A stretch of 50,817 nt of DNA from Acidimicrobiales bacterium (lineage in GTDB: Bacteria; Actinomycetota; Acidimicrobiia; Acidimicrobiales; JBEIGA01), in NCBI GenBank assembly GCA_040382135.1, contig JBEIGA010000001.1, forward strand, positions 1-50,817, given 5' to 3'. Shown here one piece after another: positions 26,188-36,195 of this stretch. Both the position numbers and the translations under genes were made by a program. A model generated the notes under the pieces. It was not told the DNA's origin. It did not search any database and saw only the letters and a program-made list of their open reading frames with translations. The stretch's first letter is position 1, and each line of letters begins with the position of its first letter.

Positions 26188-27222
26188 GTGAGCCGGCTCC
26201 TCATCGCCGTCGCCATCGCCGGGATCGTCTCCCTGGTCGGGACCCGGCTGCTCATCGACGCGCTGACGCGCCTGCGGATCGGTCAGCCGATCCGCGAGGA
26301 CGGCCCCCAGGGGCACCGCACGAAGGCGGGCACCCCGACGATGGGCGGCGTCGCCATCGTCGGCGGGGCGATCGTCGGCTACATCGGCAGCGACCTCGCC
26401 GGCGGCGGCATCTTCACCCGCACCGGGCTCATCGTCATGGCGACCATCGTCGGTGGTGGGTTGGTCGGGATGATGGACGACTGGATCAAGGTCGTCCGCG
26501 AGCGGAGCCTCGGGCTGAACAAGCGGGCGAAGATGCTCGGACTCCTGTCCGTGGCGGTGGCGTTCGGCGTGGCGATGGTGCAGTTCACCAACATCCCCAC
26601 CACGATCTCGTTCACCCGGTACGACTCCATCGGTTGGGAGATCGGCGAGGTCGCCTGGGTGCTCTGGGCCGTGCTGCTCATCGCGGGCGCGTCCAATGCA
26701 GTGAACCTCACCGACGGGCTCGACGGACTCGCCGCCGGTTCCGGGGCGTTCGCCTTCGCCGCCTACACGATCGTCGCCTTCTGGCAGTTCCGCCACGACA
26801 TCTACCAGGTGCCCCACGCCCTCGACCTGGCCGTCGTCTCGGCGTCGATGCTCGGCGCCTGCATCGGCTTCCTCTGGTGGAACGCGCCGCCCGCCAAGAT
26901 CTTCATGGGCGACACCGGCTCGCTGGCGATCGGGACCGCGCTCGCCGCGCTCGCCCTCTCCACCAACACCCAGCTGCTGCTGCCGATCATCGGCGGGCTG
27001 TTCGTGTTCGAGACGATCTCGGTGATCATCCAGGTCTTCACGTTCCGGACGATGGGCGGGCGTCGCGTGTTCCGCATGGCGCCGATCCACCACCACTTCG
27101 AGCTCGGTGGCTGGCCGGAGACGACCGTCATCATCCGCTTCTGGATCATGGCCGGCATGTGCACGGCGGTCGGGGTCGGCCTCTTCTACGCCGACGCGAT
27201 CGAACTGGGGATCACCCAGTGA
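26188..27222 (+). CDS. mraY: phospho-N-acetylmuramoyl-pentapeptide transferase
   Basis: In-frame GTG at 26188, 25 nt after the murE stop. KAGTPTMGG, MDDWIKV, NAVNLTDGLDGLA, GDTGSLAIG, APIHHHFE. Confidence 0.95.
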   Translation: MSRLLIAVAIAGIVSLVGTRLLIDALTRLRIGQPIREDGPQGHRTKAGTPTMGGVAIVGGAIVGYIGSDLAGGGIFTRTGLIVMATIVGGGLVGMMDDWIKVVRERSLGLNKRAKMLGLLSVAVAFGVAMVQFTNIPTTISFTRYDSIGWEIGEVAWVLWAVLLIAGASNAVNLTDGLDGLAAGSGAFAFAAYTIVAFWQFRHDIYQVPHALDLAVVSASMLGACIGFLWWNAPPAKIFMGDTGSLAIGTALAALALSTNTQLLLPIIGGLFVFETISVIIQVFTFRTMGGRRVFRMAPIHHHFELGGWPETTVIIRFWIMAGMCTAVGVGLFYADAIELGITQ

Positions 27223-28592
27223 GCGGTGGCCCGCTCCTGGTGGTCGGCCTCGGCATGACCGGGCGGTCGGTGGTGGCCGCTGCGCGGTCGCGTGGTGTCG
27301 CCGTCACCGTCGCCGAGGACCGGCCCACGCCGGCGCACGAGGCGTTCGCCGAAGCGCACGGCGCCCGGTTCCTCGGTCGGCCCGGCGCCGCTGCCCTGCG
27401 CCGGGCGGTGCTCGACGTGGCGGCCGTCGTGCCCAGCCCGGGCGTCCCGGATCGCCACCCGTGCTTCGTGACCGCGGCCGAGCAGGGGGTGCGGGTCCGG
27501 TCGGAGCTCGATCTGGCCGCCGACTGGGACGCTCGACCCGTCGTCGCCATCACCGGCACGAACGGCAAGACCACCACGACCACGCTCGTCGCGCTGATGC
27601 TCGAGGCGGCCGGCATCCCGAACATCGCCGCAGGGAACACCGACCTCCCGCTCGTCGAGGCCATCGACGACCCCACACCGGCGTGGTTCGTCGTCGAGGC
27701 CTCGTCGTTCCGGCTCGGCCACTCGGACACGTTCGCCCCCCGTGTGGCCGCCTGGGGCAACTTCGCCCCCGATCACCTCGACGTCCACCGTTCGCTCGCG
27801 GCGTACGAGGCGGCGAAGGCCTCGATCTGGGCCCGCCGCGGACCGGGCGACGTCGCCGTGGCCGACGTCGAGGATGAGGTCGTGGCCCGTCACACACCTG
27901 CCGGCGCCCGGCGGATCGGCCTGGGCGGCTCGGCGGACCTGACCCACACGGTGCGGGACGGGTGGCTGGTGGTGGAGGGCGAGCGCTTCCTCGCCGTCGC
28001 CGACCTGCCGAGGCGGCGTCCGCACGACCTCAGGAACGCGCTGATGGCCACCGCCTCGGCGCTCGCCGCAGGGGCCGCGCCCGACGCCATCCGATCGGTG
28101 CTCGTCGGCTTCGACGGGTTGCCGCACCGTGTGCAGCCGGTGGGTGAGGTGGCCGGGGTCCGGTTCTTCGACGACTCGAAGGCGACGAGCCCCCACGCGG
28201 TCATCGCCGCCGTGGACGGGTTCGACCGACCGGTGCTCGTGGCCGGGGGCAGGAACAAGGGCATCGATCTCGGCGAGCTCGCCGTGCTGGCGCAGGATCT
28301 GAGCGGTGTGGTGGCGATCGGGGAGAGCGCGTCGGAGATCGCCGAGGTCTTCTCGGGCCGCTGCCCCGTGCGGGTCGCCACGTCGATGGCGGACGCCGTC
28401 GCTGCGGGGCTCGAGCTCGCCCGGGCGGCGGGGAGCCGGACCGTCCTGCTGTCCCCGGCGTGCGCGTCCTACGACTGGTACCGGAACTACGGCGAGCGCG
28501 GCGACGACTTCGCCCGCGAGGTGGCGCGACTGGCGGCGGTCGAGGGCGCGGGACTGTCGGCGCCCGAGGGCGATAGGGGAGGACGGTCATGA
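27219..28592 (+). CDS. murD: UDP-N-acetylmuramoylalanine--D-glutamate ligase
   Basis: GTGA overlap with mraY. VVGLGMTGRS, ITGTNGKTTTTTL, and the C-terminal SPACASYDWYRNYGERG. Confidence 0.95.
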   Translation: MSGGPLLVVGLGMTGRSVVAAARSRGVAVTVAEDRPTPAHEAFAEAHGARFLGRPGAAALRRAVLDVAAVVPSPGVPDRHPCFVTAAEQGVRVRSELDLAADWDARPVVAITGTNGKTTTTTLVALMLEAAGIPNIAAGNTDLPLVEAIDDPTPAWFVVEASSFRLGHSDTFAPRVAAWGNFAPDHLDVHRSLAAYEAAKASIWARRGPGDVAVADVEDEVVARHTPAGARRIGLGGSADLTHTVRDGWLVVEGERFLAVADLPRRRPHDLRNALMATASALAAGAAPDAIRSVLVGFDGLPHRVQPVGEVAGVRFFDDSKATSPHAVIAAVDGFDRPVLVAGGRNKGIDLGELAVLAQDLSGVVAIGESASEIAEVFSGRCPVRVATSMADAVAAGLELARAAGSRTVLLSPACASYDWYRNYGERGDDFAREVARLAAVEGAGLSAPEGDRGGRS

Positions 28593-29776
28593 CGGCCACG
28601 CGACGCACGGCTGCGGGCTCCACCCGTCTCCGGCACCCGACCTCCAGGGCCGTCGGCGCAGCGGCGATCGCGAAGGCGCCACCCGGCCGCCGCTCCGGAC
28701 GGTTCGTGCTGCTGCTGATGCTGATCGGCGCGCTCTCCCTGCTCGGTCTGGTGATGGTGCTGTCCGCATCCTCGGTCACCGACCTCCACCGCACGGGCAG
28801 CTCCTGGGTGCACGTCCGAAAGCAGGGCATGTACCTCGGCGCCGGCCTCGTCGCCATGGTCATCACGATGCGGATCGACTACCGGCGCTGGGCCGACCTG
28901 GCGACACCGTTGCTCCTCGGCGCCATCGGTCTGCTGGTGCTCGTGCTGGTACCCGGCCTCGGTGTCTCGGCCAACGGAGCCACCCGATGGCTCGGCGCCG
29001 GTCCGTTGCAGTTCCAGCCCTCCGAGATCGCCAAGCTCGCGATCCTGGTCTGGGTCGCCGAACTGCTGTCCCGGAGCAGGCGGCCCGCCGAGGACCTCCA
29101 CCTGACGCTGAAGCCGGTCCTGGTCGTGACGGCGGTCGTGACCGGCCTGATCATGCTGCAGCCGAACCTCGGGACCACGATCATCGTCGCCGCGATCGTG
29201 ATGACCCTGCTGTTCGTGTCCGGCGTGCCGCTCTACGCCCTGACCGGCGTCGGTCTGCTCGGGGCGACCGCCGTGACCTTCCTCGCCTTCGCCGCCGACT
29301 ACCGCCGGGCCCGCATCATGGGCGCCCTCGACCCGTGGTCCGACCCGCTCGACACCGGCTACCAGACCATCCAGTCGCTGGTGTCGGTGGCCAACGGCTC
29401 GATCGCAGGCGTCGGCATCGGTGCCAGCACGGGCAAGTGGGGCTACCTGCCCTTCGCCCACACCGACTTCATCTACGCGATCATCGCCGAGGAAGCCGGG
29501 CTCGTGGGCGCCGCCTTCGTGGTCATGGCCTTCCTCGGCATCGGCGCCGTCGGCCTGTCCGTGGGGCTGCGGGCACCGGACCACTTCGGGATGCTCCTCG
29601 CCATCGGGATCACCGCGTGGATCCTCGTGCAGGCCTTCATCAACATCGGTGCCGTCCTCGGCGTGTTGCCGATCACCGGGGTGCCGCTGCCGTTCCTGTC
29701 CTTCGGCGGCTCCTCGCTCATCGTCGTGTTCTCGGCCATGGGCATCCTCCTCAACGTCGCGCGGCAGGGCCGGTGA
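28589..29776 (+). CDS. ftsW: SEDS-family peptidoglycan glycosyltransferase FtsW
   Basis: ATGA overlap with murD. 10-TM SEDS pattern, QPSEIAKLA, HTDFIYAIIAEEAGLVG, PLPFLSFGGSS. Confidence 0.95.
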   Translation: MTATRRTAAGSTRLRHPTSRAVGAAAIAKAPPGRRSGRFVLLLMLIGALSLLGLVMVLSASSVTDLHRTGSSWVHVRKQGMYLGAGLVAMVITMRIDYRRWADLATPLLLGAIGLLVLVLVPGLGVSANGATRWLGAGPLQFQPSEIAKLAILVWVAELLSRSRRPAEDLHLTLKPVLVVTAVVTGLIMLQPNLGTTIIVAAIVMTLLFVSGVPLYALTGVGLLGATAVTFLAFAADYRRARIMGALDPWSDPLDTGYQTIQSLVSVANGSIAGVGIGASTGKWGYLPFAHTDFIYAIIAEEAGLVGAAFVVMAFLGIGAVGLSVGLRAPDHFGMLLAIGITAWILVQAFINIGAVLGVLPITGVPLPFLSFGGSSLIVVFSAMGILLNVARQGR

Positions 29777-30927
29777 GCAGCCGGACCTTCGCGGTGATCG
29801 CCGGTGGTGGGACCGCCGGCCACGTGCTCCCCGGTGTCGCCATCGCACGGGCGCTCATGGGCGCCGGGCCCGACCCGGGGTCGATCCTCTACGTGGGGAG
29901 CGAGCGCGGGGTGGAGCGGGACCTGGTCCCCGCCGCCGGGCTCGAGCTCGTGGTCCTGCCCGGGCGGGGGATCCAACGCCGGCTGACGACGGCGAACATC
30001 GGTGCCGTGTGGGGCCTGCTGCGCGCGGTGGCGATGGCCTGGCGGTTGGTGGGCCGACGCCGGCCCGCCGTCGTCGTGTCGCTGGGCGGCTACGCCTCGG
30101 TGCCGTGCACCTTCGCTGCGGTGCTCCGGCGGATCCCGGTCGTGGTGGCCGAGCAGAACGCCGTCCCTGGCCTCGCGAACCGGCTCGCCGGGCGGTGGGC
30201 GAAGGTCTCGGCAGTGTCCTTCCCCGGCACCGACCTTCCCCGCGCCGAGGTGACGGGGAACCCCGTGCGCCCCGAGATCCTCGCCGTCGACCCGGCACGT
30301 GACCGGGAGGTCGCCCGTGCCCGGCTGGGCGTGGCCTCGGACGCCGCCCTGGTGGTGGTCTTCGGCGGCTCGCTGGGGGCCCGCCGCATCAACGAGGCGG
30401 TCCTCGGCGCACTGCCGGCATGGAGCGGCCGAGCGAACCTCGTGATCCGTCATGTCATCGGCGACCGGGACCACGATTCGGTGGTCGCCCGTGCGCCCGC
30501 CGTCGACGCGTCGGGGCCCCGGTACGTGCCCGTCCGCTACGAGCACGACATGCCGACGCTCTACGCGGCCACCGATCTCGTCGTGTGTCGGGCTGGAGCG
30601 ACGACCGTCGCGGAGCTGACGGCCATCGGGGTCCCCGCGGTGCTGGTGCCGCTCCCGGGGGCCCCCGGCGACCACCAGACGGCGAATGCACGGGCGCTCG
30701 CCGACGTCGGCGGCGCGGTGCTCGTGCCCGACGCCGAGCTCGACGGGCCGCGCCTGCACGACGTGGTCGAGACGCTGCTCGCCGACGCGCCCGCGCTGCG
30801 GGCCATGGCCGCCTCGGCCCGGTCGCTCGGGCGACGCGACGCGGCCGACCGCGTGGCTGCCCTCGTCGTGGCCCACGCGCGGCCAGGGTCTCCTGCACCG
30901 TCACCCGCAGGACCGGAAGGACGATGA
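29773..30927 (+). CDS. murG: undecaprenyl-PP-MurNAc-pentapeptide GlcNAc transferase
   Basis: GTGA overlap with ftsW. IAGGGTAGHVLPG, VVFGGSLGA, CRAGATTVAEL, QTANARAL. Confidence 0.95.
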   Translation: MSSRTFAVIAGGGTAGHVLPGVAIARALMGAGPDPGSILYVGSERGVERDLVPAAGLELVVLPGRGIQRRLTTANIGAVWGLLRAVAMAWRLVGRRRPAVVVSLGGYASVPCTFAAVLRRIPVVVAEQNAVPGLANRLAGRWAKVSAVSFPGTDLPRAEVTGNPVRPEILAVDPARDREVARARLGVASDAALVVVFGGSLGARRINEAVLGALPAWSGRANLVIRHVIGDRDHDSVVARAPAVDASGPRYVPVRYEHDMPTLYAATDLVVCRAGATTVAELTAIGVPAVLVPLPGAPGDHQTANARALADVGGAVLVPDAELDGPRLHDVVETLLADAPALRAMAASARSLGRRDAADRVAALVVAHARPGSPAPSPAGPEGR

Positions 30928-32372
30928 TGCAGCCCGTGCACGCCTCGGAACCGCTCGACCTCGCCACGCCCCGGCGGGTCCACATCGTCGGCGTCGGAGG
31001 CGCCGGGATGTCGGCCATCGCTCTCGTGCTGCACACGATGGGTCACCACGTCACCGGCTCGGACCTGAAGCCGTCGGTCGCCTTCGACCGGCTCGCCGCG
31101 CTGGGGCTCGACGTGCGGGTCGGCCACGACGCCGACAACCTGGGCGACGCGGAGCTCGTGGTCGTGTCCACCGCGGTGCCGGCCCACAACGCCGAGGTCC
31201 GCGCGGCGGGCGAGCGCGGCGTGCCGGTCCTGCGCCGGGCGGCGATGCTCGCCGCCATCACCCGGGTCCGGCCGACCATCGCCGTGGCGGGCACCCACGG
31301 CAAGACGACGACCTCGTCGATGCTGGCGCTCTGCCTGCTCGAGAGCGGTCTGCGTCCGTCGTTCGTCATCGGTGGCGACCTCAACGAGATCGGGACCGGC
31401 GCTGCATGGGACGAGGGCGACCGGTTCGTGGTGGAGGCCGACGAGTCCGACGGCACCTTCGTCGAGCTCGCCCGCTCCATCGCCGTCGTGACCAACGTGG
31501 AACCCGACCACCTCGACTTCTTCGGGACCGGCGCGGCGATGGAGGCGGCGTTCGACACGTTCGTCGACGGGACGACCGGGCCGGTCGTCGTCTGCGCCGA
31601 CGACCGGGGCGCCGCCGCCCTCGCGGCGCGGCACCGCGGCCGGGACGGGGGGCTGTCCACGTATGGCACAGCGGCCGACGCCGACTACCGGATGGTGGAC
31701 CTGGTGCGCGAGGGACTCGGCACCCGGTTCGACCTCGAGCACCGCGGGGCGCGGCTCGGGACGGTCAGCCTCGCGGTCCCCGGTCTCCACAACGCCCGCA
31801 ATGCCACTGCAGCGCTCGTCGCCGCGCTGGCCGCCGGTGCGCCGTTCGACCTCGCCGTGCACGGGCTCGCCCGGTTCACCGGCGTCGCCCGCCGCTTCGA
31901 GTTCCGGGGCGACGTCGACGGCGTGACGTTCGTGGACGACTACGCCCACCTGCCCACGGAGGTCGCCGCCACGCTGGACGCGGCGAACGGCGGCGGCTGG
32001 CGGCGGATCGTGTGCGTGTTCCAGCCCCACCGCTACAGCCGGACGGCGGCGTTGGCCGCCGAGTTCGGCGTCGTCTTCGGCGCAGCCGACGTGCTCGCGG
32101 TGACCGACGTGTACGGCGCCGGGGAGTCGCCGCTGCCGGGCGTCTCCGGCAAGCTCGTCGTCGACGCAGTCCTCGACGCCGATCCCCGGGCCCGGGTGGC
32201 CTACCTCCCGCGTCGGGAGGACGTGCTGACCTTCCTCCAGCGCGAGCTGCGGCCCGGCGACCTGTGCCTGACCCTCGGCGCCGGCGACCTCACGAGCCTG
32301 CCGGACGAGCTCGGACCGGCGCTGGCCCGCGTCCGCAGCATCGCTGCGCCCATGGCGGGCCGGACGGCGTGA
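30924..32372 (+). CDS. murC: UDP-N-acetylmuramate--L-alanine ligase
   Basis: ATGA overlap with murG. HIVGVGGAGMSAIA, VAGTHGKTTTSSM, DDYAHLPTE, FQPHRYSRT. Confidence 0.95.
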   Translation: MMQPVHASEPLDLATPRRVHIVGVGGAGMSAIALVLHTMGHHVTGSDLKPSVAFDRLAALGLDVRVGHDADNLGDAELVVVSTAVPAHNAEVRAAGERGVPVLRRAAMLAAITRVRPTIAVAGTHGKTTTSSMLALCLLESGLRPSFVIGGDLNEIGTGAAWDEGDRFVVEADESDGTFVELARSIAVVTNVEPDHLDFFGTGAAMEAAFDTFVDGTTGPVVVCADDRGAAALAARHRGRDGGLSTYGTAADADYRMVDLVREGLGTRFDLEHRGARLGTVSLAVPGLHNARNATAALVAALAAGAPFDLAVHGLARFTGVARRFEFRGDVDGVTFVDDYAHLPTEVAATLDAANGGGWRRIVCVFQPHRYSRTAALAAEFGVVFGAADVLAVTDVYGAGESPLPGVSGKLVVDAVLDADPRARVAYLPRREDVLTFLQRELRPGDLCLTLGAGDLTSLPDELGPALARVRSIAAPMAGRTA

Positions 32373-33343
32373 CGCCGCACGACCGTCTCGTGGCTGCGGT
32401 GAACATCGCGGTCGGCGGCTCCGTCGAGGTGGATGCGCCCCTCGGCGTCCTCACGACCTACCGCGTCGGCGGTCCGGCGGCCGTGCTCGTGACCGTGGAG
32501 GACGTCCCGGCGCTCGTCCGCCTGGGTGCCGTGCTGGCTGCGGAGGACCCTGCGGGGCGTGTCCCGGTCCTGGTCCTGGGCCGCGGCTCCAACCTGCTCG
32601 TCGCCGATGCCGGTTTCCCCGGGATCGTCGTGCGGCTCGGCCCGGGCTTCGAGACGATCACCGTGGATCCCCCCGACCACGCCGGGATCCGCATCGTGCG
32701 CGCCGGGGGAGCGGCGAGCCTCCCCGTGGTCGCCCGACGAACGGTCGCAGCCGGTTGCACCGGCTTCGAGTGGGCGGTCGGGGTCCCGGGGTCCATCGGT
32801 GGAGCCGTCCGGATGAACGCCGGCGGTCACGGCTCGGACATGGCGGCCTCGCTCGTGTCGGCGACGATCGTGGATCTGCGGACCGGTGCGACGACCGAGC
32901 GGCCTTCCGCGGCGTTGGGCCTCGGCTACCGGCAGGCCGCCGTCCGCTCGGACGAGGTGGTGGCCGCGGCGACACTGCGGCTCGCCGTGGGCGATCGCAC
33001 GGCGAGCGAGGCGGAGCTCGCCGCCATCGTCGCGTGGCGGCGCGAGCACCAGCCGGGGGGCCAGAACGCCGGCTCGGTGTTCACCAACCCACCCGGGGAC
33101 TCAGCGGGGCGGCTCATCGAGGCCGCCGGCTGCAAGGGACTGCGGCTCGGGTCCGCCGAGGTCTCGACCAAGCACGCCAACTTCTTCCAGGCCGATCCGG
33201 GAGGATCCGCCGATGACGTCCTCGAGCTCATGCGCGAGGTGCAACGACGGGTCGAGGCGCACTTCGGCGTGCGGCTCGAGCCCGAGACCCGCCTGGCCGG
33301 CTTCGGGGAGCCGGACGGGCACGACATGACGGGGGTGCGGTGA
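32369..33343 (+). CDS. murB: UDP-N-acetylenolpyruvoylglucosamine reductase
   Basis: GTGA overlap with murC. TTYRVGGPA, GRGSNLLV, GVPGSIGGAVRMNAGGHG, NAGSVFTNP, STKHANFF. Confidence 0.9.
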   Translation: MTPHDRLVAAVNIAVGGSVEVDAPLGVLTTYRVGGPAAVLVTVEDVPALVRLGAVLAAEDPAGRVPVLVLGRGSNLLVADAGFPGIVVRLGPGFETITVDPPDHAGIRIVRAGGAASLPVVARRTVAAGCTGFEWAVGVPGSIGGAVRMNAGGHGSDMAASLVSATIVDLRTGATTERPSAALGLGYRQAAVRSDEVVAAATLRLAVGDRTASEAELAAIVAWRREHQPGGQNAGSVFTNPPGDSAGRLIEAAGCKGLRLGSAEVSTKHANFFQADPGGSADDVLELMREVQRRVEAHFGVRLEPETRLAGFGEPDGHDMTGVR

Positions 33344-34131
33344 TGGCCGGGACGGCGGCGCGGGTGGCGATCGATCCGAGGTTGCGCGCGAGAAGGGTCG
33401 CGGTCAAGCGCTCGGCCGGGCGCCGCCGCCTGCGCCGCCTGGTCACTGCGGCGGTCGCCGCCGCCGTCGTGGTCGCGCTGATCGGTCTGACCCGGACCCC
33501 GCTGCTCGACGTCGACCGGGTCGTTGTGACCGGCTCGCCGAACACCCCGGCCGCCGACGTCGAGGCCGTGCTCGGCATCGAGCCCGGCGACCCCATGACC
33601 GACCTCGACCTCCGCGCTGCGTCGGCGCGGGTCCAGGAGCTGCCCTGGGTCGGGCGTGCCGAGGTCCTGCGGGACTGGCCGAACGGCGTCGCCGTCCGGA
33701 TCGTCGAACGCCGGCCGGCCGCCGTGGTGCGTGCCGCCTCCGACCAGTGGTTCCTCCTCGACGCCGAGGGGCGGGTGCTCGCCGAGACCGTCAAGCCGCA
33801 GGGGCCGGGGGAGGTCCCCGCCCTGCTCGTGAACACGGTCGATCCCGCAGCGGTCGTCCCTGGTCGGACCCTGCCCGGGGTGGAGCGCCCCCTGCGCGTC
33901 GCCGCGGCCATGACCCCGGACCTCGCCGCATGGGTCGAGGGCGTCGTCCCGACCGACGACGGGGTGGACCTGGCGCTCGCCGGTGGGGCCACTGCGTTCC
34001 TCGGCGACGAGGCCGACTACGCCGAGGAGTTGCGGTCCCTGGCGACCGTCCTGCTCCGAGTCGACCTGTCCTGCCTGGCCACGATCGACGTCTCCGCCCA
34101 TGCGAACCCGGTCGTCACCCGGCGGTGTTGA
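33340..34131 (+). CDS. ftsQ: cell-division protein FtsQ (POTRA domain)
   Basis: GTG 33340 or ATG 33343 overlaps the murB stop. Basic N-terminus, a single TM, POTRA (VDRVVVTGSPNTPAADVEAVLGIEPGDPM) and a WPNGVAVRIVERRP beta-domain. Confidence 0.8.
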   Translation: MMAGTAARVAIDPRLRARRVAVKRSAGRRRLRRLVTAAVAAAVVVALIGLTRTPLLDVDRVVVTGSPNTPAADVEAVLGIEPGDPMTDLDLRAASARVQELPWVGRAEVLRDWPNGVAVRIVERRPAAVVRAASDQWFLLDAEGRVLAETVKPQGPGEVPALLVNTVDPAAVVPGRTLPGVERPLRVAAAMTPDLAAWVEGVVPTDDGVDLALAGGATAFLGDEADYAEELRSLATVLLRVDLSCLATIDVSAHANPVVTRRC

Positions 34132-34187
34132 CGATGAGGGCGTGATGTTGCTCGTGTTGCTGGAGTCAACTCCTGTCATTCCCCGTG

Positions 34188-34217
34188 TTGACCTGAGGTC
34201 ACCACGGCCCGTAGCGT
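34188..34217 (+). promoter_or_regulatory. candidate ftsZ-proximal promoter TTGACC-18 nt-TAGCGT
   Basis: -35 at 34188-34193 and -10 (TANNNT) at 34212-34217, inside the 177-bp lower-GC ftsQ-ftsZ spacer. A GGAGT-N2-ACTCC palindrome lies at 34162-34173 just upstream. Confidence 0.35.
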
Positions 34218-34308
34218 CTGGACCACGACGCGAGGTGTTCATCCGTCGGCCCATCGCGGCCGTCGGGGCCTACGCTCGAGTCGACGAAGCCTCCGAGGGA
34301 GCAGCGCA

Positions 34309-35436
34309 ATGATCGCGAACCCGCAGAACTACCTGGCCGTCATCAAGGTGGTCGGCGTGGGCGGTGGCGGTGTCAACGCCGTCAACCGGATGATCGACGC
34401 CCACATGAAGGGGGTCGACTTCATCGCGGTCAACACCGACGCACAGGCCCTGCTCATGTCGGACGCGGATCTCAAGCTCGACATCGGGCGGGAACTGACG
34501 CGGGGCCTCGGCGCCGGCAGCGATCCCGAGGTCGGTCGGCAGGCTGCAGAGGACCACCGCGAGGACATCGAGCGGGCCCTCGAGGGCGCCGACATGGTCT
34601 TCATCACCGCCGGCAAGGGTGGCGGCACCGGTACCGGCGCCGCCCCGGTCATCGCCGAGATCGCGAAGGGCCTGGGTGCCCTCACCATCGGCGTGGTCAC
34701 CCGGCCGTTCGCCTTCGAGGGCCGCCGCCGTGCGGTGCAGGCCGAGCAGGGCATCCAGCGCCTGAAGGAGAAGGTCGACACCCTCATCGTCATCCCGAAC
34801 GACCGCCTCCTGACGGTCGCCAACGAGAAGACCTCGGTGCTGAACGCCTTCAAGATGGCCGACGAGATCCTGCTCCAGGGCGTCCAGGGCATCACCAACC
34901 TCATCACCACGCCCGGCCTGATCAACACCGACTTCGCCGACGTCCGCATGATCATGAAGGACGCCGGCTCGGCCCTGATGGGCATCGGCCAGGGCAACGG
35001 CGAGGGTCGTGCGATCCAGGCCGCCCGGGCGGCCATCTCGAGCCCCCTGCTCGAGGCCTCCATCGAGGGCGCCCGGGGCATCCTGCTCAACATCACCGGT
35101 GGCAGCGATCTCACCCTGTTCGAGGTCAACGAGGCGGCGGAGATCATCCACTCGGTCGCCCACCCCGACGCGAACATCATCTTCGGCACGGTCATCGACG
35201 AGGAGGCCGTCGACGGGGTGCGGGTCACCGTCATCGCCGCCGGCTTCGACCGCTGGGACGAGGACCGCCGCGGCCGCTCGGGCGGTGCGGGCCTGGCGGG
35301 TGCGCTCGGCTCGACCGGCGGCCCCCGCCCCGGTGCGCTCGTCGACGAGCCGCCCATCGCCGACGTCTTCGCGGACAGCGGCGCGGAGGGCGACGACGAG
35401 GGTGACGATTTCGACGTCCCCAGCTTCCTGCGCTGA
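34309..35436 (+). CDS. ftsZ: cell-division GTPase FtsZ
   Basis: 375 aa. [17 protein letters not shown], the tubulin signature [17 protein letters not shown], and the C-terminal [10 protein letters not shown] peptide. Confidence 0.98.
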   Translation: MIANPQNYLAVIKVVGVGGGGVNAVNRMIDAHMKGVDFIAVNTDAQALLMSDADLKLDIGRELTRGLGAGSDPEVGRQAAEDHREDIERALEGADMVFITAGKGGGTGTGAAPVIAEIAKGLGALTIGVVTRPFAFEGRRRAVQAEQGIQRLKEKVDTLIVIPNDRLLTVANEKTSVLNAFKMADEILLQGVQGITNLITTPGLINTDFADVRMIMKDAGSALMGIGQGNGEGRAIQAARAAISSPLLEASIEGARGILLNITGGSDLTLFEVNEAAEIIHSVAHPDANIIFGTVIDEEAVDGVRVTVIAAGFDRWDEDRRGRSGGAGLAGALGSTGGPRPGALVDEPPIADVFADSGAEGDDEGDDFDVPSFLR

Positions 35437-35487
35437 TCGCCGTGGGTCGAGCCGCCTGCTCGGCGCCGCGCTGAGGCGGGGACGATC

Positions 35488-36195
35488 GTGCGATCGCATC
35501 ATGTCGCCCGCCCCGACGGGTCGAGGGTGGAGCTCCGGATGACCGGCGTCGCCGACGGCGACCTGGCCATCGGCGGCGCCCCCGGTCCGCTCGGCCTCCG
35601 GCGTCGGTCGGTGGTGGACGCCCCGTGGACCTGGCTCCGGCAGGTCCACGGCGACCGTGTCGTCGTTGTCGACGAGCCCGGGGGTGGCGCAGGTGAGGAG
35701 GCCGATGCCGCCGTCACCGCCGTGCCGGGTGTCGTCCTCGCGGTGCACACCGCCGACTGCGCCCCGCTCGCACTGGTCTCGGACGGCGCGCTCGGCCTCG
35801 TGCACGCGGGCTGGCGAGGGCTCGCCGCCGGCGTCGTGGCGCGGACGGTCGAGGCGGTCACCGCGCTCGGCGGGCCCGTGACCCACGCGGTCCTCGGCCC
35901 GTGCATCGGCCCCGAGTGCTACGAGTTCGGCGAGGACGACCTCGATGTGGTCGTCTCCGCCGTCGGCCCCTCCGCCCGAGCGCGCACCAGCGGTGGCGCT
36001 CCGGCCCTCGATCTGCCGGCCGCCGTGACGGCCTCCTTGGCTCGGGCGGGCGCACCCTCTCCGGTCCGACTCGGCGGGTGCACGGCGTGCGAGCCGGGTT
36101 GGTACTCCCACCGTGCCCGGTCCGACGCCGGCCGGCAGGCCCTGGTTGCTTGGCAGGAACCCGTCGTCCGGCAGGAACCGGCGGTCCTCGCGTGA
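35488..36195 (+). CDS. pgeF: peptidoglycan editing factor PgeF (YfiH/laccase-domain protein)
   Basis: 235 aa. VHTADCAPLAL, HAGWRGLAAG and GGCTACEPGWYSHRA (the Cys/His triad pattern of the YfiH family). Conserved position after ftsZ. Confidence 0.85.
   Translation: MRSHHVARPDGSRVELRMTGVADGDLAIGGAPGPLGLRRRSVVDAPWTWLRQVHGDRVVVVDEPGGGAGEEADAAVTAVPGVVLAVHTADCAPLALVSDGALGLVHAGWRGLAAGVVARTVEAVTALGGPVTHAVLGPCIGPECYEFGEDDLDVVVSAVGPSARARTSGGAPALDLPAAVTASLARAGAPSPVRLGGCTACEPGWYSHRARSDAGRQALVAWQEPVVRQEPAVLA

Noticed and set aside
34270-36111. 613-aa minus-strand ORF antisense to ftsZ and pgeF
   Set aside because: ftsZ on the plus strand is unambiguous (tubulin signature GGGTGTG). This is an antisense open frame caused by GC content.
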